The notes beneath the pieces are model-generated. The model saw only the letters and a program-made list of their open reading frames with translations, was not told the DNA's origin and ran no database searches. A stretch of DNA of 64,000 bases from Candidatus Heimdallarchaeota archaeon (GTDB lineage: Archaea; Asgardarchaeota; Heimdallarchaeia; Heimdallarchaeales; Heimdallarchaeaceae): positions 115,228 through 179,227 of the forward strand of contig JAAFKI010000045.1 of NCBI GenBank assembly GCA_021399345.1. Reading direction: 5' to 3'. Each line of letters opens with the position of its first letter. The stretch's first letter is position 1. Positions 37,273 to 47,743 of the stretch are shown one piece after another. Made by a program: the position numbers and the translations under genes.

Positions 37273-40041
37273 ATGTCCATATCAAAAGATAAACTCAAAG
37301 AGAGATTCAAGAAGGAGAACTACGAAGTTAACCTATTCAAGGAAAAAGGATTTATCAGAAAGGAATGCCCTCACTGTAAGCACCATTTCTGGACATTAAT
37401 TCCAGACCAAGAAAACTGTGGAGATACCAGATGTTCTGGAGGATATAAGTTCATTGACAAAAAAGGAAAGAACATGGACTTTGATCAAACAATTAAAAGT
37501 TTGACAGATTTCTTTGTAAAAAATGGACATACCGCAATAAAGGATTATCCAGTTGTATCAAGATGGAGAGCTGATATGGATTTTACAATAGCCTCTATAG
37601 CTGATTTTCAACCCTGGGTTCTAGAGGGGGTTGTTGATCCTCCGGCAAATCCTCTAGTTGTACCCCAAATGTGTATTAGAACAGGTGGAGAATTCTCAGA
37701 TATAGATAATATTGGAAAAACAGCTAGACATTTAACTAGTTTCGTTATGTTTGGACAACATTCTTTCAATTCTAAAACACTAACTGATGGATATTGGATC
37801 GACAGATGCTTAGATTTGAACTTTCAATATCTAACTGACGAATTAGGACTTAAACCTGAAGAAATATCTTATGTGGAAGGCATTTGGGCAGGTGGAGGTA
37901 ACTTTGGACCTAATTTGGAAGCTATGGCTTATGGAATAGAAGTTGTGAATAATGTATTTATTGCTTATGGATTCGATAATGGAAAAGTAAAGAATCTTGA
38001 TATGCAAGTAATAGATGTAGGCTGGGGTTTGGATAGAGTATCATGGTTCTCCCAAGGAACGCCATCAATATATGAAGCAATATTTCCAAAAGCCATCAAT
38101 TATTTACAAAAAGAAAATGATTACAAACCAGACCATAAATTACTAGTAGAATACAATATACTTGCAGGTCTTTTAGCAGTGGAAGAAGTCAAAGATTTGA
38201 GAAAAGAAAGAAGACAAATGGCTAAGAAACTAGGGATGACATATGATGAAATGCTAGAAGTTCTTGGACCACAAGAAGCGATATATGCAATTGCAGACCA
38301 TGCAAGAACACTGTCTATGACTATTGCTGACGGAGCAATTCCTTCAAATGTAGGTGGTGGATACAACCTAAGAGTTCTTTTGCGAAGAATAGAAGCTCTC
38401 AGAAGTTTATATGGACTACAATTCTCAATTGAGAAACTATTTGATCTTCAAATCGATCACCTCTCAGTCTCTTATCCTAGAGTAAAGGATCATAGAGATG
38501 ATATCTTCAAGATAGTTGATATAGAACTTAAACGATATGAAGAAACTAAGAAATCAGGGAAAAGAATTGTTAATAAACTAATCCAACAAAAGAATGAATT
38601 TGATTTTAAAACACTCTTAGATTTGTATCAAAACAATGGAATAAATCCTTTAATGGTAAAGGAACTAGCTAAAGAAAGCAAATTGGATATTGAAGTCCCA
38701 GATGATTTTTATATTAAATCGGAAGAAATTCTTGCACAGCAAAAAGCTAAGCAAAAGGCAGCCAAGGACGAACTTGTTTTAGAAATAGAAGAAGAATATA
38801 TTACTCAAGCTTTATACTATGAAGATGCCTATAAGACGAAGTTTGAAGCTAAGGTAGAATCAGTACTAAAAGGTAAATATCTTGTACTAGATAAAACACT
38901 ATTCTATCCTACAGGTGGAGGACAAATTCACGATATTGGCACTATAAGTGCAGATGGAAAAGAATTTCATGTCACTGACGTTTTCAAAAAAGGAACTACA
39001 ATCATTCATAAGCTAGAGGAAAAATGTGACCTCAAAAAAGGTCAATCTGTCAAAGGAGAAATTGATGGAAAAAGACGTATGGATATTATGCGCCACCATA
39101 CAGCTGTTCACGTTGTAAATACTGCAGCAAAAGAAATTCTAGGAGATCATGTTTGGCAAGCAGGTGCAGATAAAACTGAATACAAAGCTCGATTAGATAT
39201 AACACATTACAACTCTGTAAAAGCAGAAGAATTGCAAAGGATAGAATATTTAGCTAACCAAGTAGTATTTGAAAATCGCTCAATTTTAAAAACCGATTTA
39301 GATAGAGATGAAGCTGAAAGGAATTATGGTTTCCAAATTTATCAAGGTGGTGTTGTTCCAGGAAAAACACTTCACATTGTGTCCATTAATGAATGGGATA
39401 TAGAAGCATGTGGTGGTACACATCTAGATAGCACCAGTGACATTGGAATCATCAAGCTTGTTAGTAGTGAAAGAATCCAAGATGGAATAGTGAGGTTGGA
39501 AATTCTTGCAGGTAATCCAGCCTTGAAATATATTCAAGAACAAGAAAATATTCTCAAAGAATCTTCAAATATTCTTAGTGTGGAACCTAAAATACTTCCT
39601 AAAACTGTAAATAGGTTCTTTAAGGAATGGAAAGAACAGAAGAAAGAAATTGAAAATCTAAACCAAAAAATTGCTGAATTGCAATTTTCTCCTACTCAAA
39701 TAAAAACTAAGAAGATCAATGATGTTGATGTTTTAGTTCAAGAAACAATAGGAAATCAAAAAGAGCTAATTATTCAAGCTACTCAAGCAGTCAAGAATTT
39801 TAAGAATGGAATAAGTATTTTGATTTCCTCAGATGAGGATAAAGTAATTCTAGTTGGAGCTAGGAGTAAAAATTCCGATGTTGATATTGTTTCAATAATT
39901 AAGGAATTGTCAGAATTAGTTGGTGGTTCAGGTGGAGGAAAAGATGAACTAGCAATTGGGGGAGGACCACAAAAAGAGAAATTAGCAGATTTAATATCAA
40001 ATGTGGATAAGATTATTGAATTGAAAATAAACTCAAATTAA
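37273..40041 (+). CDS. alaS: alanine--tRNA ligase (archaeal type)
   Basis: Archaeal N-terminal zinc segment CPHCKHHFWT...CGDTRCSG, a class II core, editing-domain HxxxH (MRHHTAVHVV) and CGGTH, and a C-terminal DHHA1-like GGSGGGK. ATG at 37273 (track ORF opens upstream at 37222). Confidence 0.95.
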   Translation: MSISKDKLKERFKKENYEVNLFKEKGFIRKECPHCKHHFWTLIPDQENCGDTRCSGGYKFIDKKGKNMDFDQTIKSLTDFFVKNGHTAIKDYPVVSRWRADMDFTIASIADFQPWVLEGVVDPPANPLVVPQMCIRTGGEFSDIDNIGKTARHLTSFVMFGQHSFNSKTLTDGYWIDRCLDLNFQYLTDELGLKPEEISYVEGIWAGGGNFGPNLEAMAYGIEVVNNVFIAYGFDNGKVKNLDMQVIDVGWGLDRVSWFSQGTPSIYEAIFPKAINYLQKENDYKPDHKLLVEYNILAGLLAVEEVKDLRKERRQMAKKLGMTYDEMLEVLGPQEAIYAIADHARTLSMTIADGAIPSNVGGGYNLRVLLRRIEALRSLYGLQFSIEKLFDLQIDHLSVSYPRVKDHRDDIFKIVDIELKRYEETKKSGKRIVNKLIQQKNEFDFKTLLDLYQNNGINPLMVKELAKESKLDIEVPDDFYIKSEEILAQQKAKQKAAKDELVLEIEEEYITQALYYEDAYKTKFEAKVESVLKGKYLVLDKTLFYPTGGGQIHDIGTISADGKEFHVTDVFKKGTTIIHKLEEKCDLKKGQSVKGEIDGKRRMDIMRHHTAVHVVNTAAKEILGDHVWQAGADKTEYKARLDITHYNSVKAEELQRIEYLANQVVFENRSILKTDLDRDEAERNYGFQIYQGGVVPGKTLHIVSINEWDIEACGGTHLDSTSDIGIIKLVSSERIQDGIVRLEILAGNPALKYIQEQENILKESSNILSVEPKILPKTVNRFFKEWKEQKKEIENLNQKIAELQFSPTQIKTKKINDVDVLVQETIGNQKELIIQATQAVKNFKNGISILISSDEDKVILVGARSKNSDVDIVSIIKELSELVGGSGGGKDELAIGGGPQKEKLADLISNVDKIIELKINSN

Positions 40042-40068
40042 ATAAGAATCTACTAAGCCTTCTTTTTT

Positions 40069-40428
40069 CTATTCCTTAGAGTTAAATTTGATATTTCTTA
40101 ATCCAGTTGGGGACAAAGATCTTATCTCAACAGGAACAGTAGATGGAGCAATCATTAGTGTTTCATTGGATACCATCTTCAAGGTAGCATGAAGCTTTGC
40201 TGATGTGTTCTTCAGAGATTGTAGAAATTCATTTTTCCTCTCAGGACATGCTGAAATTCTATTTATATTTAGGAAAACCAAATGCCCTTCCTTAACTTCA
40301 TCCATAATACGATCAGTTTTAACAATATCAATTAGAGAGTAGAATTTCACTCCAGGTGGTTGTGAAATAACTTGAGTATCTTCTGGCTTAATATTAGAAT
40401 CTTTTAGAATCTTTTTCTTAATACCCAT
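40069..40428 (-). CDS. sepF: SepF-like cell-division protein (DUF552-type)
   Basis: The 119-aa product's core, KFYSLIDIVKTDRIMDEVKEGHLVFLNINRISACPERKNEFLQSLKNTSAKLHATLKMVSNETLMIAPSTVPVE, follows the SepF pattern: strand, helix, G..V..N, helix, strand, then P..V at the end. Confidence 0.55.
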   Translation of the reverse strand: MGIKKKILKDSNIKPEDTQVISQPPGVKFYSLIDIVKTDRIMDEVKEGHLVFLNINRISACPERKNEFLQSLKNTSAKLHATLKMVSNETLMIAPSTVPVEIRSLSPTGLRNIKFNSKE

Positions 40429-40521
40429 AGAGTTTAACCCATTTAATGAGAAGTTTTCACTTAATAAAACCAGATTAATACAGTAATAACATTAGGGTAA
40501 TACTAGAATAAGAAAGAAGTA

Positions 40522-41484
40522 TTAGAACTTCCATGGATCGCGAACATAAACAGGTGCTGATGCAGCTCCTCTTTTTACGATTACGTTAGCTAATTCTAAA
40601 GAGTCTACTATTTCTCGGAATCGATTTCGTAATGTAACTGGAGTTGTTTTTGCTACTTTAGCAACTTGTTGTTGAGTTCTTCTTTCACCGGTTCTGATTC
40701 CTGCGATATATATTGCAGCTGCTGCGACACTTAATGGATTCTTACCCATATCGAGTCTTCTTGATTTGCTCTCTTCTAGAATTTTCAAAGCTTCATTCTG
40801 TGTAGCTGTTGTTAATTCAAGTTCATTACATAACTTTGTGAGTAAAACTGCAGGATCAATGGGTGTTGGTTTAATATGTAATTCCTGAACATATAATCTG
40901 AAACATCGAGCTATAACTTTCTTATCTGCTCTGATATGTTTTTCAATATCTTTAAGTGTGGTCGGATTGTTATATTGACGAGCTGCTATGTATATTGCGG
41001 CTGCAACCATAGATTCAATGCTTCTTCCACGAATTAAATCTGCTTTCAAAGCTTTTCTATAAGTAGTAGCTGATGCTTCTGCTATCTCATCACTTAACTC
41101 AAGTTGACTTACTATTCTTTTCAACTCTCTCAGAGCTATTCTCAGGTTTCGAATTTGGGATCGAGAATCTCTTCTATTAAGCCATCTCAATCTTCTCATC
41201 TTTGCCACAACATTTGGATCTAGTTTCTTACCAAAAATATCCATGTTACCAAAACTAATTTGAGATGAAACACCATAATCAGATTTTAAGGGTGATATAG
41301 GTGAACCAGTTCTACTCCGAGCAGCTTTTTCTTCTCCTGTAAATGCTCTCCATTCAGGAGTTGTATCAATTAATTTTGAGAGCACTAACCCACAATTACT
41401 GCAAATAGACTCACCACGTGTGTAGTCATCAATAATTTCCTCTGAGTTACAATTTGGGCAGCGTTCTCCACTCATTTCAGACAC
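40522..41484 (-). CDS. tfb: transcription initiation factor B (TFB/TFIIB)
   Basis: N-terminal zinc ribbon CPNCNSEEIIDDYTRGESICSNCG, a B-reader/linker, and two cyclin-fold repeats (GRSIESMVAAAIYIAARQ and NPLSVAAAAIYIAGIRTGERRTQQQVA). GTG at 41482-41484; ATG at 41473-41475. Confidence 0.95.
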   Translation of the reverse strand: MSEMSGERCPNCNSEEIIDDYTRGESICSNCGLVLSKLIDTTPEWRAFTGEEKAARSRTGSPISPLKSDYGVSSQISFGNMDIFGKKLDPNVVAKMRRLRWLNRRDSRSQIRNLRIALRELKRIVSQLELSDEIAEASATTYRKALKADLIRGRSIESMVAAAIYIAARQYNNPTTLKDIEKHIRADKKVIARCFRLYVQELHIKPTPIDPAVLLTKLCNELELTTATQNEALKILEESKSRRLDMGKNPLSVAAAAIYIAGIRTGERRTQQQVAKVAKTTPVTLRNRFREIVDSLELANVIVKRGAASAPVYVRDPWKF

Positions 41485-41507
41485 TCTAATTAGAAATGCA
41501 CATGAGA

Positions 41508-41516
41508 TTATATAAA
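41508..41516 (-). promoter_or_regulatory. TATA-box-like element for tfb
   Basis: The reverse strand reads tttatataa, centred ~28 bp upstream of the GTG (41484) and ~37 bp upstream of the first ATG (41475). Confidence 0.45.
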
Positions 41517-41703
41517 GCTAGCTAAATAAAGAACGATAGAAGGCCCCTAACTGCAAATTTCAAATATGTGATAGATGTTTGATTAAACATCGTATTTTGT
41601 GTTTAAATAGACAATGGTTGATTTATACATTTGTTTGTCACCGGTTAAAACGAATGAACGTTCCACAGAAAGACATTTTAATAACAGTGAGACCAATTTC
41701 TAG

Positions 41704-43599
41704 ATGACGGTTTATTTGTCTGTACATTATAATCTGTCTTGCTTTAGGGGTTTAGTTACCAAAGATCACGCTGACAGATATCAACAGATTATAGATTGGT
41801 TCGCAAGAGAACCTCGGTTTAAAGGAACCATCTCCTTCAATACTCTCTTTCTCCAATCAATAATCTGGGAGAATGAATCTATTGTTAAAGATATTTCCAA
41901 ACTGTGTCTAACAGAACAATTAGACCTGTCAGCATCAATGTTTTCGAATTATGCTCCTTTCTCGTTAGATTTCGAAAATGAGATTCTTGAACACCAAATC
42001 AAATATGCGTCTAAAGAGTTACAAGACATTTATCCTGATAAATATATCAAGGGTTTTTATTCCCCCTTCGGTGTTTTTGATGATCGAAATGTAGGTCACC
42101 TTGTTGACGAATCGTACAAATATATAATAGTAGACTGGAGTATTCTAGATCGAACAATAAACGAAAAACCCATTGGAAATATAGATACCAGTTTTTCCAA
42201 GGTCTTTAAAATAAAAGATAAAGAAATTTATGTTCTTCCATCATATAATTTGAGAAGTGTCTATAGACTTTTCCCAGAGTTCTATAAACAATATCTCAGC
42301 TCAGGTATTATTGACAGTTTGTCAGAAGCTATCCAAGAAGGGGATGAAATATCGGAGAAAGAAGGGATAGATCTATTCGGCATATTAACTATTGATCTTA
42401 ATGATCTAAAGTTCCCGACTTTTAGATCTGATTTTGATTTTGACAACTATTTCATTGAAAGCAAACAATTACTCAAGCAGCCGATGAGTTTTATTAGACC
42501 ATCAGAAGTTATAGAAAAATTCGATATCGAAGAAATCGAATTGAAGTACTCATTACCATATGAAATGATATTATCTTCTGAAACTATTCCGACTATAGAC
42601 ATCTCTCCATGTTGTGAAAATCTAATTAGAATAGTAAAATTGAATTTGAACAGAATCAAAAAGATAGAAAAAGCTGCAAGTTTGCTTGAAAATGATCAAA
42701 AGGATGCAGTTGAAAATCTACTTAAACACTCTTGGAATTATCTTTTAACAAATTTACATAATACTTACTTTTCACAATTCAATGAACCAATTAAAGGAGT
42801 AAATATTCTTGACTTTAGAAATATGTGGAATAGTATAAATCATATTAATTTAGCAGAATTTATAGCAAACTCCTACAAAACAGGTAAAATAACCAAAAAT
42901 GGCATTCATATAATTGACCCAATTTGTGGAGATATGGTTTATTTCAATAAGAAACTTCTCTGTAGTTTTCTACATAGAGGGGGTATAATTAATAATCTTG
43001 CTAATCTTGAAAACGGAGAGTTTCTAGTTTCTTCGCCCTCACCTAATCTGATCGTAAACACTGTAACCCAAGAACCCAATTATGGATTAATGTTTGATAT
43101 AGTATCTAAGAAGTACAGTGGTCAATATAATTTATTCAACGAAGGTTATGTTGCTAGTAGAAAAGAATTAACTGATGGAGTTGAAGTTACTTTAAGTACT
43201 TATGCAACAAGTGACATAGTTCTGAAGAAAGTTTTTACAATCACAAACGATTCTAACAAAATTGACATTATTTACAATTTTCAAAATAGAGGGATAGTCA
43301 AAGAAGAATTCATTCTTTACAGTCTCTCTAAATTTAATATGGGAGATTATATAGCACCAGTATTTTCACAAGAGAATCTCGTTCTAGAAAACACATCAAG
43401 TTCAAAAGATACTGTGATTCTGGAGATAAATAATGAAAAAACAAACTCAAAGGTAAAAATCACTCTTCCTAAAGAGATTGGATATGATAGTAAGAAACGT
43501 TTTCGTAATTTAGAATTAACTCTGAGAATGAAAGTACCAATCTTAGAATTACATGAAACAAAAGATTTTGTTTTTAACATAGAAATTGAGAAAAAATAG
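41704..43599 (+). CDS. GH57-like paralog with substituted catalytic positions (possible non-catalytic glycan-binding/pseudoenzyme)
   Basis: The N-terminal ~160 aa are collinear by eye with the 4861-6120 product: LSVHYNLSCF vs VLHANLQYAE, LDLSASMFSNYAPFSL vs FELTGCGYSHPIFPLL, KGFYSPFGVFDD vs KGFWLPELAYD. The nucleophile Glu position is Phe. 631 aa. Confidence 0.45.
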   Translation: MTVYLSVHYNLSCFRGLVTKDHADRYQQIIDWFAREPRFKGTISFNTLFLQSIIWENESIVKDISKLCLTEQLDLSASMFSNYAPFSLDFENEILEHQIKYASKELQDIYPDKYIKGFYSPFGVFDDRNVGHLVDESYKYIIVDWSILDRTINEKPIGNIDTSFSKVFKIKDKEIYVLPSYNLRSVYRLFPEFYKQYLSSGIIDSLSEAIQEGDEISEKEGIDLFGILTIDLNDLKFPTFRSDFDFDNYFIESKQLLKQPMSFIRPSEVIEKFDIEEIELKYSLPYEMILSSETIPTIDISPCCENLIRIVKLNLNRIKKIEKAASLLENDQKDAVENLLKHSWNYLLTNLHNTYFSQFNEPIKGVNILDFRNMWNSINHINLAEFIANSYKTGKITKNGIHIIDPICGDMVYFNKKLLCSFLHRGGIINNLANLENGEFLVSSPSPNLIVNTVTQEPNYGLMFDIVSKKYSGQYNLFNEGYVASRKELTDGVEVTLSTYATSDIVLKKVFTITNDSNKIDIIYNFQNRGIVKEEFILYSLSKFNMGDYIAPVFSQENLVLENTSSSKDTVILEINNEKTNSKVKITLPKEIGYDSKKRFRNLELTLRMKVPILELHETKDFVFNIEIEKK

Positions 43600-43620
43600 A
43601 ATAATGAGAAAGTAGGGATT

Positions 43621-45504
43621 TTACTTTCGATTTGTTTTATTCTTCTTGTTAATGGCGTAACCTGCTACTAGGAGAGAAAATAGAATTGATAAAGTTGCAT
43701 AAGGAGCTGTTGTTGGTGTCTCAACTTCAAGCACGACATTAAATATTATGGTTGAATTAAACTGATTTCCAGCCTTATCTTCCACCATTATAATTACAGT
43801 ATAATTTCCATTTTCTACATAATTGTGGAACGCAAAATTATCATCTGTAACATTCTGAACTACACCATCATCCCAGAAAATCCAGACTCTACCTATTCCT
43901 GCATACGCATCAGAATAGTCAAAATAAACTTCAACATAACCATCAATTATTGCTGTATCATTTGAAGTATGACTAGTGATTTCCAATGAAGGATTTTCGA
44001 AATCAAGATAGATAATCGTAAAAATTGTAGCATTTACTAATATAGGGGCATCATTAACTCTTGTAATGTTAATTGAGACATATAATGTCGCGTTATATTC
44101 GCCTGTAACTTGAGGATAATAATGAACACTTGTATTTGTATCAACATCCATGATATCAGTGATTGGTGTTCCATCATCAAAATCCATTTCAACACTATAA
44201 AGTGACCCTCGAGAAGCATCAATTTCGTAGTAAAATGTCACATTATAGTCGTTTGTGTAGGTGTTATTCACAGGATATAAACTAATCTCTGGAACTGAAT
44301 CGTAAATATACAACAATTTCATTATTCCACCCGTTTCATTATAAAACGCACCATAATAGAGATTGTATGCTTCATAATGCAAAATATTCCCTTTGGAGAA
44401 TGAACCAATAGAAACAAAGTATTCTCTTATTGTATCAGTGTGCCCATTTTCGTTTTCTACTGTGTAATTTCTATTAAGTGTTGCTTCGACTTCAGTAAAC
44501 GGAATTATTTCCGTATCATTATCTAGACCTTGTGTTGCAAAATATCTGATTCCATATTTCTCTACATCTGTTGAATTGTGAGTAGTAATATTAAATTCTA
44601 TATTATCTAAATCGGTTATTTTTCCTTCTTGTAATGTATTTGATTCAAAGTAAAAACCATTGTGAATCATATACACATTTAGCTGAGTTCTGACTTCATT
44701 TATACCGGCCCACATATCCCAACCATATGAGTTGTTCGCACTGAAGAAAATTGTTCTATCCGTAAATTCAAACGTTGTGTTGAAAATAATAGAAGTTGTA
44801 GTTGTATTCCCTTCTTGCCAATCCATTTCAATAAATGTTACATCACCATTAAAAACACCTAAAGCGACATCAGTTATTGGATCTCTGTATTTCGACAATG
44901 CTAAAGTTACAGTATCATTTTCTGTGCCCCCATAGATTTCGTAACGGACAGTTATTGTATTATTTGTTTGGTTAGAAGGAGTATAGTAAATGTAACTGTT
45001 TTGTGTCACAGTTGCATTATCAATACTATGAAAATCAGGAGGTGTCCCTTCTTCTGTAACATATAGATAATGCCATGGTCCTAAATGATTAAAATTTTCT
45101 AATTCTTCATAGGTTCCATTAGTGATATCACCAATCCAAGCATAACCCTTGAATGTAGTTAAACCTGTTAAACTGAAAGTTCCTTTATAATATAAACGGT
45201 CAACTAGAGAGGAGGAGTAATTCAATGCTAAGCTGGTTTCGGGGGTTAGACTCAGGTTTGAACCAGAACCTACAATCACTATTCCACTGATACCTATGAA
45301 ACGATCTACGGAATATTCAACTGTTATTAAAGTGAGATTTGGGAAATTGATTCCTTGGAAATCTTCAAGCCCTTCAGCTACTAGGCTTTCTAAAATCGGT
45401 TCTGTAGGACTAGCGGCATGCATTTTAGGATCGAATGATCCAAGTCCCAATGAAAGTGTTATCAGTACTATAACTACAAAGGTATATGTCTTTTTGCTGT
45501 TCAT
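43621..45504 (-). CDS. secreted, sequon-rich surface protein with PKD-like domains and C-terminal TM anchor
   Basis: Signal peptide MNSKKTYTFVVIVLITLSLGLGS. Very many N-x-S/T sites. PKD-like segments (MDFDDGTPITDI...YNATLYVSINI; IFWDDGVVQNVTDDNFAFHNYVENGNYTVIIMVEDKAGN). Tail LSILFSLLVAGYAINKKNKTNRK. Confidence 0.8.
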   Translation of the reverse strand: MNSKKTYTFVVIVLITLSLGLGSFDPKMHAASPTEPILESLVAEGLEDFQGINFPNLTLITVEYSVDRFIGISGIVIVGSGSNLSLTPETSLALNYSSSLVDRLYYKGTFSLTGLTTFKGYAWIGDITNGTYEELENFNHLGPWHYLYVTEEGTPPDFHSIDNATVTQNSYIYYTPSNQTNNTITVRYEIYGGTENDTVTLALSKYRDPITDVALGVFNGDVTFIEMDWQEGNTTTTSIIFNTTFEFTDRTIFFSANNSYGWDMWAGINEVRTQLNVYMIHNGFYFESNTLQEGKITDLDNIEFNITTHNSTDVEKYGIRYFATQGLDNDTEIIPFTEVEATLNRNYTVENENGHTDTIREYFVSIGSFSKGNILHYEAYNLYYGAFYNETGGIMKLLYIYDSVPEISLYPVNNTYTNDYNVTFYYEIDASRGSLYSVEMDFDDGTPITDIMDVDTNTSVHYYPQVTGEYNATLYVSINITRVNDAPILVNATIFTIIYLDFENPSLEITSHTSNDTAIIDGYVEVYFDYSDAYAGIGRVWIFWDDGVVQNVTDDNFAFHNYVENGNYTVIIMVEDKAGNQFNSTIIFNVVLEVETPTTAPYATLSILFSLLVAGYAINKKNKTNRK

Positions 45505-45591
45505 ATCTCTTCACTTCAGCCTTGCTTGGTTGTGGTATTTTAAAGCTATTTTTATGCTTTATGTATTGTGTTTTTTGTTTTGGAGTCTTTT

Positions 45592-46149
45592 TCATTCATT
45601 CCGATACGTAAATGGGTCGAAGACAACAAATGAAATTGAGCAACCAAAATTTTTAGTGATTTCTAAAAATGAGCTTATAGTTTTAAAGCCAGATAAACCC
45701 CAGGAAGAATCAATTTTTGCCCTTCTTTCTTGAACCATTGATTTCACGCCCTCTATAGCCATAGTCTCAGTTTTATCTAAAGTCTCACCCTTGCTTTCAA
45801 AAGCTAACATACATGGAATTTGTTCCTCTCTGATTTTTACAAAGACTTTTGCTAAAGCAATGCATGTTGCATGTTTTTGTCCAACAGACCCTTTAGAGAG
45901 AGATTTAACAACATGAATATTTGTACTAAATGGAATCATTATGAATTTATCATCAACGTCTATGAATGTAATCCCTTTCGCTCTATCTATTTCAGGTATT
46001 ATCTCTACAACAGGAGGAATGGAGGACACAGTAATATGGTTTTGATAACCTAATCCTGAATTCATGAATGCTTTATCAATTGCATCTAGTTCAGATGTAT
46101 CAGATTCACCTATACCGGATGTAAACCAAAATCTCGTTGGGCTGCTCAT
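45592..46149 (-). CDS. pdaD: pyruvoyl-dependent arginine decarboxylase
   Basis: SGIGESDTSELDAIDKAFMNSGLGYQNHITVSSIPP matches the PdaD N-terminal region, including the Ser-Ser self-cleavage site context (vSSIxP). 185 aa. Confidence 0.8.
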   Translation of the reverse strand: MSSPTRFWFTSGIGESDTSELDAIDKAFMNSGLGYQNHITVSSIPPVVEIIPEIDRAKGITFIDVDDKFIMIPFSTNIHVVKSLSKGSVGQKHATCIALAKVFVKIREEQIPCMLAFESKGETLDKTETMAIEGVKSMVQERRAKIDSSWGLSGFKTISSFLEITKNFGCSISFVVFDPFTYRNE

Positions 46150-46241
46150 TTTTCAATGAAAAAATCTTTGCGGATTATATATAATTGTCGAACGAGCATA
46201 AATTATACGGAAATCTACAGAGTAAATACTTTCACAAAAGC

Positions 46242-46251
46242 ATATATATTA
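46242..46251 (+). promoter_or_regulatory. TATA-box-like element upstream of glnA
   Basis: atatatatta is centred ~37 bp upstream of the ATG at 46284. This argues against the TTG at 46185 used by the ORF track. Confidence 0.35.
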
Positions 46252-46283
46252 ATTTAGATTTTTCTTCTTTACAACCAAATGGT

Positions 46284-47591
46284 ATGGTATATCTCATGGA
46301 TGAACTGAAAGAGTTTTTCAGAAAAAATAATATTGAATTTATTCAATTTCAATTTACAACTATATTTGGAGATCTAAAGTCAGTCGAATTTCCCTCAGAC
46401 ATCTGGGAGGAAATGAAAGATGGAACTGGAGTGGATGGATCTTCCTTAGGATTCTTAAAAACTGAACAGAGCGACATGAAGATAGTTCCTGATCTATCAA
46501 CTTTAGCTGTTTTTCCCTGGGAACCAAGAATGGCAAGATTCATTTGTGATATTTATGGAAATGATGGAAAACCCCATCCGACTGATCCTCGGAGCATTTT
46601 GAAAAAAGTAATTAAACAGGCTAAAAATTTAGGGTATGAATTCAAGACACGACCTGAACTTGAATGGCACTTCCTAGACTCAGATCTTGAACCATATGAA
46701 TCTGGTGAATACATGGATACTCTCCCTTATGATGAATTAGGATATCTTCGACGAAGTATTGCAAGCGATATGCAAGAAATGGGCATTGCAGTTAAAACAA
46801 TTCACCATGAAGTTGGTAATGGTCAACAAGAGATTGAATTCGCTGCTTTAGAAGCGTTAAAGCAAGCAGATGACACACAAACTGCGAAAATGATTGTCAA
46901 AGCAGATTCTCTTTTTAATGAAATTTTTAGTACTTTCATGCCAAAACCCTTTGCAGATCAAGCTGGAAATGGAATGCATGTTCATCAATATCTTACCAAA
47001 GATGGAAAGAATATCTTTGCTGATGAAGAAAAAGGAATCAGTGATACATTACGCTATTTTGTTGGAGGAATTTTGAAACATGTAGATGCAATGACTGCAC
47101 TCTTCAATCCAACAACAAATTCTTACAAAAGATTGGTTCCTGGTCATGAAGCTCCTGTTTACAAATCCTGGGGAGTTGCCAATAGAACAGCTTTAATTCG
47201 AGTTCCAGGATACGAAAAGAAAGCAAGAATCGAATTTCGTGCAACAGATGCTGCTTCAAACATCTACCTAGCTACAGCTTTACTTCTAGCTTCAGGTTTG
47301 GATGGAATCAAGGATAAGATTGAACCAATTCCTCCTACAACTAAAAATATTGAAACTTTATCTATTGAGGAAAGGAAAAGTATGGGGATTGTACAATTAC
47401 CTAGTAGTTTATCTGAAGCTCTGGACCACTTGGAAAAAAGCTCTTTCGTAAAAGAAACCCTTGGTCAAGACATTCTCGAGATATTTCTAGCCGTTAAAAG
47501 AATGGAATGTAAGGAACATGCTGAAGCTAAGAACAAAGGCGATGAAGAAGAATGGGAATGGGAGTATGAAACCTATCTTGACAGAACATAA
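46284..47591 (+). CDS. glnA: glutamine synthetase, type I
   Basis: N-terminal beta-grasp (IEFIQFQFTTIFGDLKSVEF), the catalytic region FMPKPFADQAGNGMHVHQ, NSYKRLVPGHEAPVY and the ATP site RIEFRATDAASNIYLA. Alternative ATG at 46296. Confidence 0.93.
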   Translation: MVYLMDELKEFFRKNNIEFIQFQFTTIFGDLKSVEFPSDIWEEMKDGTGVDGSSLGFLKTEQSDMKIVPDLSTLAVFPWEPRMARFICDIYGNDGKPHPTDPRSILKKVIKQAKNLGYEFKTRPELEWHFLDSDLEPYESGEYMDTLPYDELGYLRRSIASDMQEMGIAVKTIHHEVGNGQQEIEFAALEALKQADDTQTAKMIVKADSLFNEIFSTFMPKPFADQAGNGMHVHQYLTKDGKNIFADEEKGISDTLRYFVGGILKHVDAMTALFNPTTNSYKRLVPGHEAPVYKSWGVANRTALIRVPGYEKKARIEFRATDAASNIYLATALLLASGLDGIKDKIEPIPPTTKNIETLSIEERKSMGIVQLPSSLSEALDHLEKSSFVKETLGQDILEIFLAVKRMECKEHAEAKNKGDEEEWEWEYETYLDRT

Positions 47592-47603
47592 CTAAATGAG
47601 CTG

Positions 47604-47609
47604 TTTTTT
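47604..47609 (+). terminator. T6 tract 13 nt after the glnA stop
   Basis: gagctgttttttattc. A single oligo-T run, so a weak call. Confidence 0.3.
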
Positions 47610-47743
47610 ATTCTATCCGCTAAATTCTTGTTTTCAATAAGGTAACTTTAATAAGTCATGTAATGCTAAATAAAACTAATTGGCTGGGGTAGTTTCAACT
47701 GAGTTATGAACGTGAAGATATTGTCGAATTAGACTTCCAAGAA

